Of a stretch of DNA of 64,000 nucleotides, positions 57,092-64,000 are shown in pieces. Origin of the DNA: Krischvirus LF73P4; the sequence record OZ035795.1, one strand, 5' to 3'. Position 1 is the stretch's first letter. Each line of letters starts with the position of its first letter. The notes beneath the pieces were generated by a model. The model searched no databases, had not been told where the DNA came from, and worked only from the letters and a program-made list of their open reading frames with translations. Both the position numbers and the translations under genes were made by a program.

Positions 57092-57930
57092 TGGCACGAC
57101 TTTCTAAACAAGAGCAAAAATTACACGATCGGGCGATGGAGCTAATCAATTCAGATCGCCCATTGACCTATGAAGAAAAAGAATTTTGCTATAACAACTA
57201 TCATGGCGATGGGCTAGGTGGTTCCGGTGCATTCTTTACCCCAGAAGGGCTTGCCTGGGATTTTACCATTGATGCACACTGCACCGGAAAAGTATTGGAC
57301 CTTTGTGCTGGGATCGGTCGTTTATCTTTTTGTATGTTGCATCGCTGTAAGCCAGAAAAGATCGTATGCGTCGAACTCAATCCAGAATTTGCGAGGATTG
57401 GCAAGCGACTATTACCGGAGGCAGAATGGATCACCAGCGATGTATTCGAATTTGAGTCAAACGAGAAATTCGATGTTGTAATTAGCAATCCACCTTTCGG
57501 GAAAATCAATACAACCGACACAAAGGATGTATTTGAGTACACTGGCGGCGAATTTGAATTTAAGGTTATGACATTAGGCCAGAAGTTTGCCGATGTAGGT
57601 TATTTTATTGTTCCTACTGGTTCCGCTGGTTTTGCCTATTCCGGTAGACCTTATTATGATGGATCAGTGAAGTCTAATAAATATCTAAAATGGAGCAAAC
57701 AAACTGGTTTGGTGACTTATGCCGGATGTGGGATCGATACATCAATCTATCGCGATGAATGGCACAGTACCAACGTTTTAACAGAAGTGGTTGAGGTTCG
57801 GTATTACGAGAAAGAAGCCGTAGAAGCGCCTAAATCGCGTCCTAACGAACAAATAGAAGAAAGTAAGGAGATTACCTTACCGGAACAAGAAACAGCGTCT
57901 GGGACGCTCTCAGACTTGTTTGACATTTAA
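57091..57930 (+). CDS. putative N6-adenine-specific methyltransferase (gamma-class motif order)
   Basis: 279 aa, starts MARLS; motif X-like AFFTPEG, SAM-binding motif I VLDLCAGIGRL, catalytic motif IV VVISNPPFG in that order; followed by intrinsic terminator. Confidence 0.55.
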   Translation: MARLSKQEQKLHDRAMELINSDRPLTYEEKEFCYNNYHGDGLGGSGAFFTPEGLAWDFTIDAHCTGKVLDLCAGIGRLSFCMLHRCKPEKIVCVELNPEFARIGKRLLPEAEWITSDVFEFESNEKFDVVISNPPFGKINTTDTKDVFEYTGGEFEFKVMTLGQKFADVGYFIVPTGSAGFAYSGRPYYDGSVKSNKYLKWSKQTGLVTYAGCGIDTSIYRDEWHSTNVLTEVVEVRYYEKEAVEAPKSRPNEQIEESKEITLPEQETASGTLSDLFDI

Positions 57931-57939
57931 TTATAAGCC

Positions 57940-57968
57940 GTCCTCCTGGGCGGCTTTTTTGTATGTAT
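57940..57968 (+). terminator. intrinsic terminator after methyltransferase gene
   Basis: AAGCCGTCCTCCTGGGCGGCTTTTTTGT. Confidence 0.55.
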
Positions 57969-57970
57969 TT

Positions 57971-57978
57971 TATAAATA
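57971..57978 (+). promoter_or_regulatory. T4-type late promoter TATAAATA upstream of gene 9
   Basis: Exact octamer about 28 nt before ATG 58006. Confidence 0.55.
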
Positions 57979-58005
57979 ATACATCATAACATGAGGAATT
58001 AAACA

Positions 58006-58860
58006 ATGGCACAAGTTCCAAAGAAAAGAATAGACACAGGTACGGTCGGCAATCCATCGACTGGCGATATCTTATATGATGGCGGTAATAAAATTAACGA
58101 TAACTTTGATTCAATATATGACGCATTTGCTGATCAACGTCTAAAAGAGATTGATCATGGTGCTGGTCGAATGGTTATTCATGCCACGGGATACTATCAG
58201 AAACACCCACGACAAAGCTATGCAGGATCGGCGGTAGAGATTGGTAGCTTACATGATATTGACACAACTCAAGGCGCATTAATAGCAATTCTTCCTAAAG
58301 CTAAAGTTGGTGAGGGTGTTGTGTTCATAAATAGTAACGGTAGCTTTTCGGCAACAACACCACTAAACATTAGAACTCAAGCAGGAGATTCTATTAGCGG
58401 GTATTCCGGTGACGCGGTAATAACTCAACCTTTCTCAAAAGTCACCGTCTGGTGTACTGCCGTCGAAGGTAGTAGAGTTACCTGGCGGCTGGGCATCGAA
58501 AGTATGTTTACCGACACAACCACACCACTAGATAGGACAGTTAATGTAACTGGAGTTGCAACCAACGTTGCTATTGCAGCAAAAACAGAATATGTATCAA
58601 TTAAACTATTAACAACCGCTAGCAATACGACGGGTTCAAAAATGCGCTCAAGCGAAACTCTATTGATGATTGATGCCAGAGCCGGAAAAGTTTACGCGAC
58701 AGAATATGCGGTTTTACAGAAAACAGAAGACGAATTATACACGGTTCGTTATTTCATTGGTTCCGGCGATAAAGTATATGCAGAGTATAAGGCTACTGGC
58801 GAAAATATTCGTTTAGCAGTTAAAGCCACAGACACTATTAAAATCGGGGTTGCTACATGA
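58006..58860 (+). CDS. 9: baseplate wedge protein gp9 (long tail fibre socket)
   Basis: 284 aa; PKK.IDTG..GN.STGDIL.DGGNKIN..F..IY.AF.DQR; HATGYYQKH match recalled T4 gp9; late promoter upstream. Confidence 0.85.
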   Translation: MAQVPKKRIDTGTVGNPSTGDILYDGGNKINDNFDSIYDAFADQRLKEIDHGAGRMVIHATGYYQKHPRQSYAGSAVEIGSLHDIDTTQGALIAILPKAKVGEGVVFINSNGSFSATTPLNIRTQAGDSISGYSGDAVITQPFSKVTVWCTAVEGSRVTWRLGIESMFTDTTTPLDRTVNVTGVATNVAIAAKTEYVSIKLLTTASNTTGSKMRSSETLLMIDARAGKVYATEYAVLQKTEDELYTVRYFIGSGDKVYAEYKATGENIRLAVKATDTIKIGVAT

Positions 58861-60659
58861 AACAATTAATTAATATCGGTAACGTTGTAGATGACGGTAC
58901 TGGTGATTATCTAAGAAAAGGCGGTCAAAAGATCAACGACAACTTTTCTGAACTTTATACTAAGCTGGGGGACGGCGATACCCCCCACGCATCCGGTGCA
59001 TGGAAAACGCATACAGCGCCATTATTAAAGCCTAATTTTGGTGATGCGTGGGCTATCAATACAACAAACAACGCGGTGTCGGTAGAGCTTCCTAAAGGTG
59101 GAGTTGGTGATTATAACAAGACAATTAAACTTCGTGATGTTTGGCGCTCGTGGGCGTCTCATAACGTAACACTTAAGCCAGCACAAGGCGATACAATTAA
59201 AGGATCACCAATTGACCGAGAATTGTATAAAGATTTTATGGATGTTGAACTGGTTTATTGTGCGCCTGGGCGCTGGGAATATATCGAAAACAAGCGAGTT
59301 GACACGATCACCACGTCTGACCTAAGCACAGTAGCTAAGGAAGTTTATATTGCCACAGAAGGGCAAACAGATTTCCCTAATGTATTTGGTTCTAACACAT
59401 ATAACACTCGAAATGTTGAAGTATATTATCGAGGAAACCTTTTATATTATGGTAAGTCTTTTAGTAATGACTCTAACTACGGTTCAATTGGTGAGGATGG
59501 ATCACTTGTTGAACTTGATGGCAAAAGCATAAAACTTCGTTTTCCTTGTTCGGCTGGGGACACCGTTCAAATTATTACATACATGGACGGAATTGCATCA
59601 TTCCGATCTAGTTATATCACACACACAATTAGAGTGTATGATACCGGAATGACAGCACTAGAAACTATTCCGGGTGAAGTGTGGGTAGGTGATTTATCGA
59701 CGAAAAAAGAATTTACCAATGCTGATTTGGGAGTTAGTAAACGTGATATAATTAACCCAAATTCATTTGAGTTATTAATAAATGGTACTCAAATGATTAA
59801 AGCTGGTGATGCTGATCTTCCTTCGTTTGTCTGTGAAGGTGCTGACGGAGAAACCGAAGAGAGTTGCGCACTTGCTGGCGGTCAGTGGGTACAGTCTGGA
59901 GAAGATTATTCACTGGTATTTGATGAGAATAGCATTGTAACAGGGATTAAATTAGCTAAAGCGTTGGACAATAGAGATACTATAACAATTCGTTGGTTTA
60001 ATAACGATATCGGAACTCTATTAGAATGGGATGGTGTCGGCGGAATTAAAGAAAAAGCAGACAAGATTTATCTCAATAACGAAGACGAAGTTAATTTAAC
60101 AAAACAAATTGAATATACAGACTTCCAGAATCCTAGTCAGAAAAACACTCGTCCGGCAGAAGAGTATTCAGGTCGAATTATGGATATATATTCACTGTTT
60201 GATATTTTTCATCCGGTCGGCACGATATACGAAAACGCACATAACCCAGCTAACCCAGCGACCTATATGGGGTTTGGTATCTGGGTTCGGTATGCGGAAG
60301 GAGAATTTCTTGCTGGTTGGTCTTCCGATGCCAGCGACCAGAATTTTGCATTAAACAATAACGATCTTGATATTCATGGACAACCTACACACACCGCTGG
60401 TGGTACTGGTGGTGAAGTTGCCTATCAAATCAAGAAAGATATGATTCCTGAATTACAATCCAGCGATCGTGTTTTGGTGAAAGACGATACAGGGTCAATT
60501 ATCATTGGTGGCTGTCAAGTTGATCCTGATGCGGCAGGTCCAGCGTTTACGAAATATAGAGAGGATATCGTAAAAGTTAATTCTGGAAATGCTGATCCAT
60601 CAATGATGGGTATTCTTCCTCCATATCGCACCGTTCATCGCTGGTTAAGGGTAGGTTAA
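58857..60659 (+). CDS. 10: baseplate wedge protein gp10
   Basis: 600 aa (T4 gp10 recalled as about 602), synteny 9-10-11-12. Confidence 0.8.
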   Translation: MKQLINIGNVVDDGTGDYLRKGGQKINDNFSELYTKLGDGDTPHASGAWKTHTAPLLKPNFGDAWAINTTNNAVSVELPKGGVGDYNKTIKLRDVWRSWASHNVTLKPAQGDTIKGSPIDRELYKDFMDVELVYCAPGRWEYIENKRVDTITTSDLSTVAKEVYIATEGQTDFPNVFGSNTYNTRNVEVYYRGNLLYYGKSFSNDSNYGSIGEDGSLVELDGKSIKLRFPCSAGDTVQIITYMDGIASFRSSYITHTIRVYDTGMTALETIPGEVWVGDLSTKKEFTNADLGVSKRDIINPNSFELLINGTQMIKAGDADLPSFVCEGADGETEESCALAGGQWVQSGEDYSLVFDENSIVTGIKLAKALDNRDTITIRWFNNDIGTLLEWDGVGGIKEKADKIYLNNEDEVNLTKQIEYTDFQNPSQKNTRPAEEYSGRIMDIYSLFDIFHPVGTIYENAHNPANPATYMGFGIWVRYAEGEFLAGWSSDASDQNFALNNNDLDIHGQPTHTAGGTGGEVAYQIKKDMIPELQSSDRVLVKDDTGSIIIGGCQVDPDAAGPAFTKYREDIVKVNSGNADPSMMGILPPYRTVHRWLRVG

Positions 60660-60660
60660 T

Positions 60661-61305
60661 ATGATTTCTAAAACACGTTCTAAAGCAAGCGTATTTTCTA
60701 GCGACGCAGCATTCATTTCATACGATCCGGGGTCGAAAGACCCCATTATTGGTGACATTCGCCCAATTGGTGGATTAAACGTAGACCAATCTCGCAAAGG
60801 TTCTTTTATTAACAACGTACAATCAGCCATTGATGATTTGTATAGCATTTCTATGCTTAATGTCGGTGATGTATTGGTAACTACAAATTCAACTCCACCG
60901 GAAGCGGCGGGACAAATAGAAACTCTTTCTTTCACTGGAACGGTAACAAATAAACACGATCCAGCCGCGACAAAAGTTGTAATTGAAGTTTTGGGTTATC
61001 CATTTGTTGTTAATGTTGGAACATCGAATGTTGCATTATGCGAAATGGTCACAACAAAATTTACTGAATTGAAAGACAAAAGTATCTTATTCTCTAGAGT
61101 TGAGAGGAAAGGTACTGGCAACGATAAAATAGAGATTCAGTATATTGATTCAAATGCACACGAAGCAACGGTCGTAGAAAAATATGGTATTAGCGTTCGT
61201 GGGGAAATAAATTCCCCTGCTCGTTATGGTTATGGTGCATGGTCCAGAATGGGAACGGAAGAAAAATTTGGTTCAACACTATTTTATTTTAAGCGTATTG
61301 CGTAA
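60661..61305 (+). CDS. 11: baseplate wedge protein gp11
   Basis: 214 aa (T4 gp11 recalled as about 219), synteny. Confidence 0.75.
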   Translation: MISKTRSKASVFSSDAAFISYDPGSKDPIIGDIRPIGGLNVDQSRKGSFINNVQSAIDDLYSISMLNVGDVLVTTNSTPPEAAGQIETLSFTGTVTNKHDPAATKVVIEVLGYPFVVNVGTSNVALCEMVTTKFTELKDKSILFSRVERKGTGNDKIEIQYIDSNAHEATVVEKYGISVRGEINSPARYGYGAWSRMGTEEKFGSTLFYFKRIA

Positions 61306-61315
61306 GGTGTAAATT

Positions 61316-62719
61316 ATGAATAACACTATTAATCACGTAAAAGACGATGCACAGTATGTTAAGTTTGACCCTACCGGAAATTGGCCTAGCAATATAAAAA
61401 ACGTACAAGCGGCATTAGCCGCTATTCAGGGGTTTGCTATTGCAGGTCTTCCAACGGCAACCGAAGAAACAGCGGGTATTGCTGAAATTGCTACTCAAAA
61501 AGAAGTAGATGATGGGTTGGATGGAACTAAAATTGTTACCCCAAAAACATTGGCTGTTAAGCTGTCAAGACCGGACGCAACAAAACTTGTCAAAGGGATC
61601 ACTCGCTATGCTAATAACGATGAAGCTATGGGCGATACTCCAAATATTGCAATTGGTCCTGATACATTAACCCATGTATTCGAGAAGAAGAAGGCAACGG
61701 AAACCGTACAGGGTACAATTAAAATCTGTTCTATGGATGCGGCAAAAATCGGTAGTGATGACACTATGGCGGTTACGCCTAAAAAGATGCACGCTGCTAT
61801 TGCTCAGATTGTTCCTGGATTGATCCCAGAGCAAAATACCGCTTCCGAATCCCGTGAGGGTCTAGTTAGGCTGGCAACAAGCCAACAAACGCTTGCTGGT
61901 ACTATCAGAGAAGGATTTGCCGTTAGCCCATATGCATTTTCCAACGCAAGAGCCAATGAAAATCAGGCGGGTACTGTTAAAATTGCGTCATCCCAACAAA
62001 TGATTGACGGTAATGACAACACAGTAGTAGTATCAGCACAAAAATTTGCGAACACTAAAGCAACCACTGGACAATTCGGTGTTGTTAAGCTAACAGATAA
62101 TCCCGGTTCCGGTGAAGCAAATGCTGCGTTATCTGCAAATGCTCGTGTATTGCCTCTAAGCGGTGGTGTCGTTACTGGTGATGTGTATCGTCATAGTGGA
62201 GGTGACGGAAACCAGTTTACCACTAAAAACGAAATGGATGCATGGTGTATGCCAATTGGTGCAATTATTCTAACTGCATTCAACAGCAATGATCATGGCG
62301 CATTTAAAATTTGTAACGGGCAATGGTTGAATAAACACCAATATCCTACGCTATTTGCTCGCATCGGATTTACATATGGTGGTGACGGTGGAGATCATTT
62401 CGCTGTTCCAGATATGCGCGGTCTTGTTGCTCGTGGGTGCGATTGGGGAAGAGGTTTAGACCCAGGTCGTGGATTTGGTACTTATCAAGACGACACCATG
62501 CAACATATGACAGGTAACTTCCCTGTAGCTAACCGTTGGCGCGGTTGGACTGGTGGTGCATTTGCCATCACAGGTGGTCAATGGAGCACGAACTATAAAA
62601 ACGGTGGTGGTGATGATTGGGGTAGTATTGTTAACTTTGACAGCGCAAGACAGGTTAGAACGTCTGGCGAAACTCGCGTTAAAAGCCTTGCATTAAACTA
62701 CGTTATAAGGGTACAATAA
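61316..62719 (+). CDS. 12: short tail fibre protein gp12
   Basis: 467 aa; YVKFDPT...P....NVQAA.AAI; repeats G..K..S; C-terminal CMPIGAII...; VPDMRGL.ARG; LNYVIRV match recalled T4 gp12. Confidence 0.85.
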   Translation: MNNTINHVKDDAQYVKFDPTGNWPSNIKNVQAALAAIQGFAIAGLPTATEETAGIAEIATQKEVDDGLDGTKIVTPKTLAVKLSRPDATKLVKGITRYANNDEAMGDTPNIAIGPDTLTHVFEKKKATETVQGTIKICSMDAAKIGSDDTMAVTPKKMHAAIAQIVPGLIPEQNTASESREGLVRLATSQQTLAGTIREGFAVSPYAFSNARANENQAGTVKIASSQQMIDGNDNTVVVSAQKFANTKATTGQFGVVKLTDNPGSGEANAALSANARVLPLSGGVVTGDVYRHSGGDGNQFTTKNEMDAWCMPIGAIILTAFNSNDHGAFKICNGQWLNKHQYPTLFARIGFTYGGDGGDHFAVPDMRGLVARGCDWGRGLDPGRGFGTYQDDTMQHMTGNFPVANRWRGWTGGAFAITGGQWSTNYKNGGGDDWGSIVNFDSARQVRTSGETRVKSLALNYVIRVQ

Positions 62720-64000
62720 TGATCGAACAATTAAACATTCGAAAGATCCCTAACGTCGATGGTGTCCCTGGAGAGGGACAACATTCTATTAGCTGGATTA
62801 AAAATGGTGAATGTCTAAGCGCAGCAACCACAGAAACAGGACACGAGGGGACGCTTAACCGCGCCCCTTATGCGATTCAAGAAAATATTGTTCGTTTGGA
62901 TGAAAATTCTAAGACAACGGTAACAAAAGTTAACGAAGTTGTTACAGCAGTTAATGATATTAAAACTACTTTAGGCGCGGTTGCTGATGGTAGTATTATT
63001 GATATTGTCAATCAAACTATTGCAAAGGTTGAGTCTGTAGAAGAAAATTTAGGAGAAACTTCAAGGACATTACAAACCACAGTAGATGAACTGGCGGAGA
63101 CAGGAAAGAAAATTGGTGTTCGTCCGGCAGCAGATCCGAGTACACGAACAATATATGATGATATTTCTTTCATCAAACAAGAATTGGGCGCTTTCCCTAA
63201 CTTCAATATCAACGGTTATCCAGATCCAGGTAGTTCCGGTTCCGGTATCAAATATAGAGTTATCCAGAATACGGAAGCATTAAACAACCACGGTCAGCGA
63301 ATCCGCCAACTAGAAAACGACTGGCAAGATTCTGACGTTGGAGAGCTAACAGAACAAGTTAACAAAATGCGAAGCGAGCTAGGAGACACATCACTAGCAA
63401 CACAGGACAATGTTTATCTTCGTCTTCGCACAAACACTCGCAATATCGCTAGTATATCAAACGAAGTTCAGGAAGTAAAGAAAGCGATTCTATTTGAATC
63501 AATTCCCGATATCGGGACTAAAGTAACTAAGCTACAATCTGATTATACACAGCTTAATGATGAAGTCAACGGCTTTGACGCTGGTATCCGTCCTCGTTTA
63601 ACTCTTCTGGAAAATAAGATCGGCAATCCTCAAGCCGCTGGAAGTATTGATTATCGATTGACCAATCAAGAACTGGAATTTGTAGATCTTAAATCTATTG
63701 TCGGTGTCAGTGGTGCTGATGGCCTACGTGGTGAGGTTGCACGAATCTCTAACACAGTTGGTACTGACAGTGAGCGTCATACTATCGCAGGTCGTCTAAA
63801 AATTGTAGAAAACACACAGGGACGACTAGAAGCTAGCGTACAGGATATCGAGCAAATGATCGGCGATCGAGATTCCGGTCTAACCGCCGGGGTTATTAAG
63901 CTGTCAAGCGACATGTACGGCAATCCAGAAGGAAGCACGCAGCTTGAACAAGATGGGATCGTGAAAACTGTTAAGGCATTGAGCACATCAAATGCAAGCA
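62719..64000 (+). CDS. wac: fibritin (wac), 3' partial; continues beyond window
   Basis: ATG overlaps gp12 stop (TAATG); MIEQLNIRKIPNVDGVPGEGQHSISWIKNGE.L matches recalled T4 fibritin N-terminus; coiled-coil heptads to window edge. Confidence 0.8.
   Translation, partial: MIEQLNIRKIPNVDGVPGEGQHSISWIKNGECLSAATTETGHEGTLNRAPYAIQENIVRLDENSKTTVTKVNEVVTAVNDIKTTLGAVADGSIIDIVNQTIAKVESVEENLGETSRTLQTTVDELAETGKKIGVRPAADPSTRTIYDDISFIKQELGAFPNFNINGYPDPGSSGSGIKYRVIQNTEALNNHGQRIRQLENDWQDSDVGELTEQVNKMRSELGDTSLATQDNVYLRLRTNTRNIASISNEVQEVKKAILFESIPDIGTKVTKLQSDYTQLNDEVNGFDAGIRPRLTLLENKIGNPQAAGSIDYRLTNQELEFVDLKSIVGVSGADGLRGEVARISNTVGTDSERHTIAGRLKIVENTQGRLEASVQDIEQMIGDRDSGLTAGVIKLSSDMYGNPEGSTQLEQDGIVKTVKALSTSNAS

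Noticed and set aside
1-64000. tRNA, rRNA or other structured RNA genes
   Set aside because: Intergenic spaces are short (mostly under 100 bp) and show promoter or terminator features; no cloverleaf-like sequence or conserved T-loop motif found by eye. A tRNAscan run would be needed to exclude this fully.

Overview
This window reads as a contiguous piece of a T4-like (Straboviridae/Tevenvirinae-type) myovirus genome. All calls rest on reading the six-frame translations and recalled T4 protein features; no database search was run, so numbers and names are recalled, not measured. Coordinates for motifs and for ORFs absent from the supplied track were counted by hand and may be off by 1-2 nt. 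Left to right: (i) a plus-strand early replication/recombination block in T4 order: glutaredoxin (partial), gp55, gp47, gp46, gp45, gp44, gp62, RegA, gp43, UvsX, gp41, gp61, gp56-like dCTPase, Dda, DexA, gp39 (apparently fused 39+60), rIIA, rIIB, gp52. It is interspersed with many small ORFs, sigma70-type early promoters (TTGACA-N16/17-TATAAT) and stem-loops. (ii) A hyperplastic region (about 33.8-39.1 kb) of small ORFs, including four near-identical promoter/stem-loop/RBS cassettes resembling the PeSL elements described for RB49-like phages. (iii) A convergent minus-strand lysis/tail-fibre module: holin t, gp38 glycine-rich adhesin, gp37, gp36-like. (iv) Minus-strand gp2 and gp4, then the plus-strand baseplate operon gp53, gp5, gp5.4, gp6, gp7, gp8, gp9, gp10, gp11, gp12 and the start of fibritin (wac). 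The most unusual feature is a three-gene cassette with its own early-type promoter and flanking terminators, wedged between baseplate genes 8 and 9 and carrying a putative N6-adenine methyltransferase. Other points of interest: an HNH-AP2 homing-endonuclease gene abutting gp39, a stand-alone copy of the rIIB N-terminal HTH, a signal-peptide DUF1311-like protein and a small lipoprotein, an insertion of mini-genes between gp41 and gp61, and the absence of hydroxymethylase/glucosyltransferase genes at their T4 positions. No tRNA, rRNA or CRISPR array was found.
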